NCBI GenBank assembly: GCA_041660185.1
Contig: JBAZWU010000001.1
Coordinates: 182,765-246,764, forward strand
Length of the DNA stretch: 64,000 nucleotides
Source: Elusimicrobiota bacterium
GTDB taxonomy: Bacteria; Elusimicrobiota; Elusimicrobia; 2-01-FULL-59-12
Reading direction: 5' to 3'
A model generated the notes under the pieces. That model worked only from the letters and a program-made list of their open reading frames with translations. It had not been told where the DNA came from and searched no databases. The translations under genes and the position numbers were made by a program. Shown here piece after piece: positions 28,820 through 37,381 of the stretch (within the stretch, counting starts at the first letter, position 1; the number at the start of each line of letters is the position of its first letter).

Positions 28820-29535
28820 GGGATTCCAGCCTGGATGAGGATCTGATACCCGAAAAGATTTGGAAACACGTTATAGGCTTTCCACAAGAGCGGCCAGCCG
28901 ATGACCGGGATCCGCCGGATGATAGGTTGCAGGAATGGGATTCCCATATCGGGATCTATCGAGAAGGCCTGAACGATATACCCCGCTTTCATGACCAATT
29001 CCCGGGCGGTTCGAGAGTTAAAAAATCGTAAATGGGTTTCATCCAGGATTCCGGTGGGCTGATAATGAAAGCGTCCCAGTAACAAATTCCACCGGATGGA
29101 CCAATGGGCGATGTTGGGGAGAGCGATGATGAGTTTCCCCTGCGGTTCTAATTTGGTTTTGAGCCGTCGTAAGACGTCCAGCGGGTCATTCAAGTGTTCC
29201 AGAATCGACAGGCAGACAATGACGTCAAAGCTCCCCGGGAGGCTTTCGAGGACCGCCGGGTCGTCCAGGTCCCCCACGATGACCTTTTCGTAGGCTTGTG
29301 CCCGTGCCGCGGAGGCGGCGTCTTGCTCAACGCCAACGACGGAGCATTTTTTCGTTTGAACCAGATACCGCCCCATGTAGCCGGTTGAACAACCCAATTC
29401 CAGAACGCGCGAGGATTCAGGGATCCAGGCCAGCGCCTGTTTATCCGCGGCCCATGGGTATCCTTCATTCAGGGCTAATCCTGCCGGGCGATCATATTTC
29501 AAAGGCTGAGAAGCCCGTTCCACGGTTTGTCTCAT
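28816..29535 (-). CDS. Class I SAM-dependent methyltransferase
   Basis: Motif I VLELGCSTGYM. FDVIVCLSILEHL motif. Start at MRQTVERAS gives an ATGA overlap with the flippase stop; the 109-aa ORF-track extension is rejected. Confidence 0.8.
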   Translation of the reverse strand: MRQTVERASQPLKYDRPAGLALNEGYPWAADKQALAWIPESSRVLELGCSTGYMGRYLVQTKKCSVVGVEQDAASAARAQAYEKVIVGDLDDPAVLESLPGSFDVIVCLSILEHLNDPLDVLRRLKTKLEPQGKLIIALPNIAHWSIRWNLLLGRFHYQPTGILDETHLRFFNSRTARELVMKAGYIVQAFSIDPDMGIPFLQPIIRRIPVIGWPLLWKAYNVFPNLFGYQILIQAGIP

Positions 29536-31028
29536 GGGAGCACGACCGCCGTTGGAATTTGAAGAAGATGCCGCGTCCAGCGTTTGGCCAGGGTGCGGTC
29601 TTCTTCGTCGAAAAGCTTCCAATACAGGGTGATTATAAAAATCGGGATGATGATCAAGAAGGCGACTAAACGGTGCGGGACCCAGAGAAGCGGGGCAAAA
29701 CAGAGCAGGGTGGTGCCCAGCACAGCGGTCAATCGAAGAGGTTCCCAGATGCGGTGAATTCGTTTTCGAATGACGAGGAAGTACAGCCCGGATTGTACGA
29801 CTTGGGAGAGAATGAAAACCCAGGCCGCGGCGTCCGCTCCAAAACGGGGCATCAAGAGGCAATTGAGCGAGAGCGTCATGACAAACGTTCCGGCGTTGAT
29901 CTGGAAGTAAGCTTTTTCCTCATGGGAGGTGATGAGGAGATTGCCGAAGATCCTGTTCCAGGCCACGAAGGGAAGGCAGCAGGCGAGAAGAGCCAGCAGC
30001 CGGCCGGTCGGTTCATAAGCCATTCCCCAGATCCGCTGCACGATGGTTGATGAGAAGAACAGCAGTGTCGCGGTGGCCGGAAAGGCCAGGACGGCCGTCC
30101 ACAAAATCGCTTTCCGGCAGATCCAGGGAAGGTCGACGTCGTGATGGACGCCGGCCCGGGACATAATGGGATAAAGTACCGTCATAAAGGGGTGCCAGAC
30201 GGTTTCAACCACCGTCAACATTAAGATCGACGCCAGACTGTAATAGCCGACAATCAGCGGCGCGCAGAAAAGCGATAAAAGGACCCGGTCCAGTTTTTCG
30301 CCGGCGGTGTTAAACAAGGACACGCCGCCCATGGGCGCGCCCTCTTTCAATTCACGGACCATGGTGGTTCGATCCAGCGTAAAGTCCGGCCATTCAAAGC
30401 GATGCTTCACGACCCACGCGTGGGCGGCGGCGATGAGAACGCTATTCAAGACCATCGCCCCGAACAGCCAGTTCAGGCCTTTCCCGTTGCTTAAAACGCA
30501 GAACCCCAGCAACGCCCACCCGATGGCCGAAGCGAGTTGGGTGGCCCAGAGATAGCTTGTTCTCTGATGCGCGATATAGATCGCTTCGCCGACCTGGGTG
30601 ATGGTTGTCACGGCCAGGTGAGCGCCGGCCAGCAAAAATACTTTCCACATGAACTGGGGATATCCCAGAACCGGCAGGACAATCATCAGCCCGGTCCAGA
30701 GGACAAGGCTCGAGAGCAAACGGATCCAGAAAAACGAGCCAAATAATTTCGGCGCCTCAGCAGCGCGCCGGGTCGCCTCCCGGATGACCGCCAGGCTGAT
30801 GCCGAAATTCGAGACGGGTAAAACCAGCGCCACAAAACTCATCGTCGTGTTGTATAAACCAAAATCCGACGGCCCCAGATGCTTGGCAAAATAGATCATC
30901 CAGCCGAAATTGATGAGCCGCGTTAAAAACTGGCCGCCGCCCAGCAGAATCGCGCTGGCGCCGATATTGTTAGCCGGGGACGTGAATGACGGCGGATTAA
31001 TCGACTTTGAGGATGTCATAGGCTCCAA
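29532..31028 (-). CDS. Oligosaccharide/polysaccharide flippase (Wzx, MOP superfamily)
   Basis: About 12-14 hydrophobic helices. N-terminal region ILLGGGQFLTRLINFGWMIYFAKHLGPSDFGLY is typical of Wzx/RfbX. Confidence 0.75.
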   Translation of the reverse strand: MEPMTSSKSINPPSFTSPANNIGASAILLGGGQFLTRLINFGWMIYFAKHLGPSDFGLYNTTMSFVALVLPVSNFGISLAVIREATRRAAEAPKLFGSFFWIRLLSSLVLWTGLMIVLPVLGYPQFMWKVFLLAGAHLAVTTITQVGEAIYIAHQRTSYLWATQLASAIGWALLGFCVLSNGKGLNWLFGAMVLNSVLIAAAHAWVVKHRFEWPDFTLDRTTMVRELKEGAPMGGVSLFNTAGEKLDRVLLSLFCAPLIVGYYSLASILMLTVVETVWHPFMTVLYPIMSRAGVHHDVDLPWICRKAILWTAVLAFPATATLLFFSSTIVQRIWGMAYEPTGRLLALLACCLPFVAWNRIFGNLLITSHEEKAYFQINAGTFVMTLSLNCLLMPRFGADAAAWVFILSQVVQSGLYFLVIRKRIHRIWEPLRLTAVLGTTLLCFAPLLWVPHRLVAFLIIIPIFIITLYWKLFDEEDRTLAKRWTRHLLQIPTAVVLP

Positions 31029-32721
31029 ACCGTTGATAAGGCCGCATCGGGCCGTGAATGAATTTCTTCAGAGTGCCCCACGCCTTCACGTCCTGGGTCT
31101 GCAACACGACATAGCGGATGGGGTTCCGGGAAGACAAACCGTCGGGGACCAGCGTGACAGGTACCCCCCCGTTTTCCCTGAGCGCCACGCTGATCTCCCG
31201 GTCAAGGGGCAAGGTGCGCGCATGGCTCCGCGTGTTGTATCCGATATCTTTGTAGCTGGCGATCCCCTCCGTCCCTGTCAGATGATGGTTCAGGAAATCA
31301 ATCGTTTCCGTATAGCCAGGATCGTCCTTGGGGTTGAGCAGCGTGTACGGATAACGCTTTAAAACAGATAATTCAACGAGATTCGCCGCGAGAGCGGCCA
31401 CCACCAGGCCGAGGGTTATTCGTGAGCGGATGGATCCCGTCAAAACCCGCAGACCCAATACCAGGATGATTACAAAATCGGCTATCGCTTTCAAATAACG
31501 GACGAACCGGATATCCGTTAGACAGCCCCGGAAAGAATGAGTCGTCAGCTGTTGTTGCAGGGAAGGGATGACCACGATGTCCGGCGCCAGCCAGAAAGTC
31601 AGCGCCAGGGCCGCCAGGAAAAGCAGGGCCATGCGCTTGATTCCGGAAGCGGGCACGGAAAAGTCCAGGGATTGCACAATGGTCAAGAGGAGAAACGGCA
31701 TGAAGGGAACCAGATATTTATCCACCGTCGGGATGCAGAGAGTATAGAGGATAAACCCGGTCGCGCCGATAAAAAGCGGCAAATCATCCGCGAGTGAACG
31801 GTCGCGGAGGGGTGCCGTGAACGTCCGGCGGATCAGGCTATAGAGATACAAGACAAAAACGGGGATGGACATCCAGGCCGCGTACCAGCGGACCGCACTG
31901 ATCCGTTCATACAGCGAGGCGGCTTCCTGAAACTTGGTGCTCTGGGCGTGAAGCCCCAGCATAAAATCCCAGGGGACCCCCATCGCCTTTGTATAAAGCC
32001 ACCAGGTCATCATGAACAGGATCACTCCGGCGATAACCAAAAAACACCACTGACGGAAAATTCGCCATTCGCGATGGAACAGAAAGGCCAGGCCGATACC
32101 GGCAAACCAGACGAGAGTTGTTTCTTTGATCCAGAGGCAGATCGATAGGTAGACGATCAGGACGAGGCTGCGCTGAAAGCGCCAGTTATCCAGGAGCCAG
32201 GTCATCAAGCCGAGAAGACCCACGCCGGCCAGCGTCATAATGCTCGTATCGATATCAATCAGCAGGCTGCCGCGAAGCCAGTAAGGGTTAAGGGCCGCCA
32301 AAGCGGATAACGTGAGGACTTGGGGCGCCCAGGGCGTCGAAGGCGCTTTCTTCTTTGCCCGTTGTCTCAGCCAGAAAACACACAAGAGAAGGCTGATCAT
32401 AAAACAGGCCTGACCCAGAACACGAGCCCCCCAGGCGCTTCGGGTCCCGGTCAGAAGGGAGATGAGATAGAGATAAAACGGCGGATGCCAGAGGCCGATA
32501 TCAGCGCCCCATTGATTGTTCCAGGAGCCTTGTCCGGTTAAAAACAGTTCATTCGAGGAACCCGTGGGTATTATCGGGAAACCGGTGTCGATGATCGCGG
32601 TCCGGAAGTACAGAAAGTCAATTTCATCCGCGCGCGGAAGGTTGTGCAGGTAGGGAAAAGACAGGAGGACGTAAAGGAATAGAAAGAATCCGACAGCCGC
32701 GATAATTCGTGAGCGCGTCAT
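30997..32721 (-). CDS. Polytopic GT-C-fold glycosyltransferase-like protein, paralogue 7
   Basis: Multi-pass. First-loop LPRADEIDFLYF acidic motif. C-terminal soluble domain. ATGA overlap with the upstream GT2-MT. Confidence 0.55.
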   Translation of the reverse strand: MTRSRIIAAVGFFLFLYVLLSFPYLHNLPRADEIDFLYFRTAIIDTGFPIIPTGSSNELFLTGQGSWNNQWGADIGLWHPPFYLYLISLLTGTRSAWGARVLGQACFMISLLLCVFWLRQRAKKKAPSTPWAPQVLTLSALAALNPYWLRGSLLIDIDTSIMTLAGVGLLGLMTWLLDNWRFQRSLVLIVYLSICLWIKETTLVWFAGIGLAFLFHREWRIFRQWCFLVIAGVILFMMTWWLYTKAMGVPWDFMLGLHAQSTKFQEAASLYERISAVRWYAAWMSIPVFVLYLYSLIRRTFTAPLRDRSLADDLPLFIGATGFILYTLCIPTVDKYLVPFMPFLLLTIVQSLDFSVPASGIKRMALLFLAALALTFWLAPDIVVIPSLQQQLTTHSFRGCLTDIRFVRYLKAIADFVIILVLGLRVLTGSIRSRITLGLVVAALAANLVELSVLKRYPYTLLNPKDDPGYTETIDFLNHHLTGTEGIASYKDIGYNTRSHARTLPLDREISVALRENGGVPVTLVPDGLSSRNPIRYVVLQTQDVKAWGTLKKFIHGPMRPYQRFGAYDILKVD

Positions 32722-34331
32722 TCACTTTTTCTGGCTAGAATCGTTATGAAATCAAACGCGTTCAGCCGGATTCGATGATGTCCCAGATGCAGGGCCTTGA
32801 TCAGCCGGTCAAACGCGTCGGCCATCCATTTCTGGTAATTCCTTAAAAAACGTGACCAGTGTACGAGTGTGAAGACGTGAGGAAACGTCTGAATCCGGAG
32901 GGTCTGCAGACCATAACGGCCGAGCAAGGATTGGATGGTCCGGCGGCCGATGTAATGGAAGTGGACTTTGTTGATTCCCCACCAGCGCTGTTTCAGGCCT
33001 CGCGCCATCCAGCTGTCCACATCCGGATCGATCATCAGCAGGTATCCGCCCGGGCGCAATTTTCCCGAGATGTATCGCATGAGCTGATCCGGATCCAGGA
33101 CGTGCTCAAAAACATCCGCCATGACGACAATGTCAAAACCGGATTCCGGGACAGCGGCCCGATCGTAAGTTCCCTGGCGCACGTCCAGCCCCAATTGCTC
33201 GACGGCATACCGGCAGCGTTCCCGGCTGGGCTCGATGCCGACGGCGCGGTAGCCCCGGTCGTGCGCGGCCTTCAGAAAGAACCCGGCGCCGCTCCCGATT
33301 TCAAGTAGCTTGGCCGGCGGTGGGCTCTCTCGCGCCAGTTGCTCGACGATCGGCTGAAAGGCCTGGACCCGGCTGTCTTTTTCGCTCAGGTAGACAGGAT
33401 CCGAAAATGTTTCGTAGCCCGCTTCAATGTCGCCGGGCATTTCCCGGGGATCCACGCGGATAAACCCACACGCCGCGCACCGGAAGAGGCTCAGCGCCAG
33501 GCCGAACTCATCGCTGTGAATGTTGGTAATTCGAGCGGGGGCTGTGTTCGGACTGATCCATAAGCGCCACGCGTCGGAACCGCAGACCATGCAGCTGCTT
33601 CTTTGTCGGGTGGTCTTCCAGAACGTTGCCGGCCAGAAGGCCATCCGAAGCAGAGCCAAGCCCACTTTCAGTTTGCTGTAATTCGATAACCCGCCTGTTT
33701 CGACGTTGGATATAGGGACTTCCTGTATCCGAAATCCGAGTTTGCCTGTCTGGACAATCAACTGCTGGTCAAAGAAATGACGGTTATCCAGATGGTCGAC
33801 ACAGAGCTTTTGGGCCGCCGACAACCGGATGGCTCGAAACCCGCCAAAGTATGTCGAAAATCGCAGGCCGAGGAGTTGATTCAGGAAGGAGGTAATGCCG
33901 GCATCCATCCAGCGCTTCCATTGGGGGCGATGGGTCGAATCGTCCCGGGATTCCTGCCGGGCCCGAAGAGGCCGTGAGCCGAAGCAGATATCCAGCGACG
34001 GATCGTTCCGGAGAGGCTCCAGCAAGTCGGGGATTTCCTCCGGCTTCATTTCCCCGTCGCCGTGAAGAAAAACGAGCACATCGTTGCCGGCATCCTGATA
34101 GTGTTCCTGGAAATACCGCAGAAGGGTCTTCTGCGTGGCGCCATATCCTTGATTCGACGGGTGTCGAATCACTGTGAGGCCTGGGATTGTTTTCAGGACG
34201 GCCGGAGTGGCATCGGTGCTGCCATCGTCAACGACCAGTATTTCGGAGACGGCGTTTCGGTCAATACGGCGCAGAACGTCTTCGATGTGCGGGGCGACAT
34301 TAAAAGCCGGTATCCCAACTAACAGCTTCAT
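32718..34331 (-). CDS. Bifunctional fusion: N-terminal GT2 (DPM1-like) + CxxC..CxxC zinc ribbon + C-terminal class I SAM methyltransferase
   Basis: GT2 part GIPAFNVAPHIE..VVDDGSTDAT..LHGDGEM. Linker CMVCGS...CAACGF. MT motif I LLEIGSGAGFF. Confidence 0.8.
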   Translation of the reverse strand: MKLLVGIPAFNVAPHIEDVLRRIDRNAVSEILVVDDGSTDATPAVLKTIPGLTVIRHPSNQGYGATQKTLLRYFQEHYQDAGNDVLVFLHGDGEMKPEEIPDLLEPLRNDPSLDICFGSRPLRARQESRDDSTHRPQWKRWMDAGITSFLNQLLGLRFSTYFGGFRAIRLSAAQKLCVDHLDNRHFFDQQLIVQTGKLGFRIQEVPISNVETGGLSNYSKLKVGLALLRMAFWPATFWKTTRQRSSCMVCGSDAWRLWISPNTAPARITNIHSDEFGLALSLFRCAACGFIRVDPREMPGDIEAGYETFSDPVYLSEKDSRVQAFQPIVEQLARESPPPAKLLEIGSGAGFFLKAAHDRGYRAVGIEPSRERCRYAVEQLGLDVRQGTYDRAAVPESGFDIVVMADVFEHVLDPDQLMRYISGKLRPGGYLLMIDPDVDSWMARGLKQRWWGINKVHFHYIGRRTIQSLLGRYGLQTLRIQTFPHVFTLVHWSRFLRNYQKWMADAFDRLIKALHLGHHRIRLNAFDFITILARKSE

Positions 34332-35311
34332 CGAGCGGCAGCGAGGGGTTGTTGAGTGAGTTCAGGATGATCCCGGTAAAACGTCAGCGTATCTTCAACC
34401 ACGATGCGCAGACTGCGGGTGGGTTGCCATTTCACAGCCGTTGTCAATTTGGTGCTGTCCGGGATTTTGTCAAAGGCTTCTTCGTAGAGCGATCCGTAGA
34501 TCTGTTTGGGGTCCACCTTCTGGATGGCTGCCGGGGTCCCTGTGATTTGTTTGACCAGGTTGGCCAGATCATGAATCGTGGTAAGGTTGGCGGGGTTCCC
34601 AACGTTAAATACTTCATTCACGCGATCGGAGTTCATAATCGCGAAAATGCCGCTGACGATATCCAGGACATGCGTGAAACACCGGATCTGATTTCCGGAT
34701 CCGAAAACCGTTAAGGGCTCGTTGTGCAACGCCTGCAAGAGGAATCGCGGCAGGACAAATCCGCCTTTCGGGCTCTGGCGCGGCCCGGCGATGTTAAAGG
34801 GGCGTACGATGTTGAATTGAATATCCCCGTGAGACCGTTGGCGATTGATCAGCATGATCTCGCAGAGGAGTTTGCCGATGGCGTACTCGAGACGGGCGCT
34901 CGTGATAATGGGAACGATTTTCGGCACATCTTCGGAAAAAAACCCGTCCCGGCCATAGATCTCCGACGTGGAAACAAATAGCAGCCTCGCCTTGTGAGTG
35001 GCGGCGAGTTCCATCATGTGCTTTCCGTCGTTCACCATCAGCGGCCCGATCCGGCCCGCAAAGGGCAATACACCGGCCGGCCCGACCACGCTGGCGCAAT
35101 GATAAATTTCGTCGATTTTCTTGTCCGACGTAAAATCCGAGCACGGGATCGTTAAAACGTTCAGGTTTTTATATTTGCTGAAGAAATCCTTCGCGATAAC
35201 GTTATTTTGAAAATTGTCGACCAGGATAACGTCGTCGCCCCGGTCCAGAAGTGCTTCGGCCAGATGGGAGCCCAGAAATCCGAACGCCCCCGTAACTAAT
35301 ACGCGTTTCAT
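34328..35311 (-). CDS. NAD-dependent nucleotide-sugar epimerase/dehydratase (extended SDR)
   Basis: VLVTGAFGFLGSHL Rossmann motif. YAIGK (YxxxK) catalytic motif. Confidence 0.85.
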   Translation of the reverse strand: MKRVLVTGAFGFLGSHLAEALLDRGDDVILVDNFQNNVIAKDFFSKYKNLNVLTIPCSDFTSDKKIDEIYHCASVVGPAGVLPFAGRIGPLMVNDGKHMMELAATHKARLLFVSTSEIYGRDGFFSEDVPKIVPIITSARLEYAIGKLLCEIMLINRQRSHGDIQFNIVRPFNIAGPRQSPKGGFVLPRFLLQALHNEPLTVFGSGNQIRCFTHVLDIVSGIFAIMNSDRVNEVFNVGNPANLTTIHDLANLVKQITGTPAAIQKVDPKQIYGSLYEEAFDKIPDSTKLTTAVKWQPTRSLRIVVEDTLTFYRDHPELTQQPLAAAR

Positions 35312-35368
35312 AAATTGGTTCTATCCTTTCAATAATCGAGTTTCATCGTCGACGTTAATGAATGTTTT

Positions 35369-35397
35369 ATCGTACAACTATTTCTGAAAATTGTCAC
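35369..35397 (-). promoter_or_regulatory. Candidate sigma70-type promoter for the glycan super-locus
   Basis: On the minus strand GTGACA-17 nt-TACGAT, about 55 nt upstream of the epimerase ATG. Lies in the only AT-rich gap (35312-35427) at the head of the locus. Confidence 0.3.
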
Positions 35398-35427
35398 GCT
35401 AACGGGATATTGGAGTGGACCGGCGGA

Positions 35428-36420
35428 TTATTCTGGGTCGGTGGCGGGGTCACGTTTAGCCATCAAGGACTGGACCGACAGGCCTTCATGCCACATGGCC
35501 CAGGCCCCGAACAGGCAGATATAGATAAACTGCGTTCCATGAATGGCCAGAATCAGCGGCAGTCCTTGTTGCTTGGGGATGCCCAGCAGCGCGAGCGCGG
35601 TCACGCCAAAGAGCTCCATGGTCCCCACATAGCCCGGGGCCTGCGGCAGCGTGACGGAAAGACCCAGAAAGAAAAGCAGGAAGAAGCTTTGCGGATAATG
35701 CAAAGGGACCTGGAAGGCCCGCGCCATCAGATAGAGCATCGTTCCTTCGATTGTCCAGATCACGAGGGATAACGCCAGCGCCCGGAACACATGCCGTAAT
35801 TGCCGCATGCCGGATACCCCGTGGGCGAAATGGCTCACCGCCTCGTGTATTTTGAGACGCCAGGCCGGTTTCATCGGCAGCCGGTCCACGATCACATGAA
35901 ACCGTTCCTGATGCCGCATGATGATGATCAAGACAGCAATCACCAGCGCGCAGGAGGTCCCCAGAGCCGCCGCGCCTTTTTCAACCGATGCCGGAAACGG
36001 GAAAAAAATGGCCACGACCGCAAATGTGGTCAGAAAACTGAGCGTGTCGCAGATCCGTTCGAGGAGAACCGTTCCCAAGCTGGTGGTGCGTGAAATCCGG
36101 AATTTTCTCCCGGTCACATGGGCTCTGACAAATTCCCCCATGCGGAAGGGCAGGATATTATTCGCAAAAAAGCCGATCGCCAGAGGGGCGAAGAGCTGAG
36201 AAGCCGGAATCATCTTGATGGGTTCGAGCAAAATCGTCCATCGCAGAGCTCGAAGAAAGAATCCAATCGTGTAAATTCCAACAGCCAACAGAATCCATCG
36301 CGGATTCGCCAGAGAGAAAGACGTGGCCATCTCCCGGATGGAAAGACCCCGGCAGGCGTAATAAAGACATACCCCGGCAAGAGCAAAACCAAATAAGAGC
36401 CGTTTTTTCATGAATGACAC
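35428..36420 (-). CDS. Flippase-like domain protein (UPF0104 / MprF lysyl-PG-synthase TM-domain family)
   Basis: 8-pass membrane protein. N-terminus LLFGFALAGVCLYYACRGLS..WILLAVGIYTIGFFLRALRW is typical of the TIGR00374-type family. Confidence 0.65.
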   Translation of the reverse strand: MSFMKKRLLFGFALAGVCLYYACRGLSIREMATSFSLANPRWILLAVGIYTIGFFLRALRWTILLEPIKMIPASQLFAPLAIGFFANNILPFRMGEFVRAHVTGRKFRISRTTSLGTVLLERICDTLSFLTTFAVVAIFFPFPASVEKGAAALGTSCALVIAVLIIIMRHQERFHVIVDRLPMKPAWRLKIHEAVSHFAHGVSGMRQLRHVFRALALSLVIWTIEGTMLYLMARAFQVPLHYPQSFFLLFFLGLSVTLPQAPGYVGTMELFGVTALALLGIPKQQGLPLILAIHGTQFIYICLFGAWAMWHEGLSVQSLMAKRDPATDPE

Positions 36421-36466
36421 ATTCTACTTGTTGGAGCTTCGGACCGCCACCGCGTCAACTGTACTC

Positions 36467-37381
36467 TTAAATCAGTGCGATCCGTTGCAGTATGTCGCGA
36501 AAAAACGCCGGCGACCAAGCGCCCAGGGTCTCCGGGTTTTTCACAAAGGGTTCGACTTCTTTTCTGGCCATCGCGACGTCCAACTGATCAACGGCCGCGT
36601 TGGCCAGGGAGAGGAAACGGTCGCGCGTCACGGAAAGGCCCGGTTTCAGATCGTCGCTCTGGATCATGCGCTGCGCCAGATGCGCCGCATGCAGTTTCGG
36701 GTGATTGGCCGCATACCACACCAGATCGTACCAGTCGCGGCCCTTGACCCGGTTCTTCCACTTTCGACAAAGGACCGCATGCATCTTTCCCGCGAAAAGA
36801 TCCGGGAGGACATAGGTGCGGACACCAAACGGGATAGGATGCAGCAGGAACTTATTTTCCGTTTCGAATCCTGGCGGCGGATCGGTGTCGACTTCGAGGC
36901 GGATCTTGATGGTCTGCCCGTAAGGAATCTTTCGCAGGAGCGGTTCGGCGGTTTTAATCATCAGGAGGTGTCTGACGGTGTCGGCCTTGAGGAAGGCGGA
37001 CTGGACTTTGCTCTCGGCTGTTTTCTCCTTCTTTTCCAGCCGCACATCGAACCCGAACGAGGCGATTTCCCGCTCCAGGGCGCCCGTATACTGCCGCAGA
37101 TCGAAACCCGGCCCTCCACACGCCCGGCGGGCCGGGTCGCCGGCAGTGTGAAGACCCGGCATCGGCCGAAGGAGCGAAAAGTCCAGATCTTCGGAAAACC
37201 GGTCGAGCCCATAGAGAAGCCTGAGCGATGTCCCGCCATAGAAAGCCGCTTTCTCGAAAAACTTGCTTCGCCAGAGGCCCAGAAGGGCGATCTCTTGGAG
37301 GATTTCCCGCAGCGCCTGGACGCGATTATCCACCGTCCGGGTTTCGTAGCGGGCGAGCATTCGGGCCACCGCTTCATTCAT
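36467..37381 (-). CDS. abiEii: Nucleotidyltransferase toxin, AbiEii/AbiGii family (DUF1814), type IV TA
   Basis: Hallmark FYGGTSLRLLYGLDRFSEDLDFS motif. 8-nt overlap with the upstream antitoxin gene. Confidence 0.85.
   Translation of the reverse strand: MNEAVARMLARYETRTVDNRVQALREILQEIALLGLWRSKFFEKAAFYGGTSLRLLYGLDRFSEDLDFSLLRPMPGLHTAGDPARRACGGPGFDLRQYTGALEREIASFGFDVRLEKKEKTAESKVQSAFLKADTVRHLLMIKTAEPLLRKIPYGQTIKIRLEVDTDPPPGFETENKFLLHPIPFGVRTYVLPDLFAGKMHAVLCRKWKNRVKGRDWYDLVWYAANHPKLHAAHLAQRMIQSDDLKPGLSVTRDRFLSLANAAVDQLDVAMARKEVEPFVKNPETLGAWSPAFFRDILQRIALI

Noticed and set aside
28816-29862. N-terminal extensions in the ORF track (this ORF, and also 19882-21699, 12986-15007, 10696-11940, 15951-17885, 41525-43132 and 5547-6344)
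   Set aside because: The extensions overlap the 3' end of the upstream gene by 50-330 nt and are Pro/Arg/Ser-rich. Internal ATGs give canonical protein N-termini (for example MCGICG for AsnB) and ATGA/TAATG junctions or a GGAGGA RBS.
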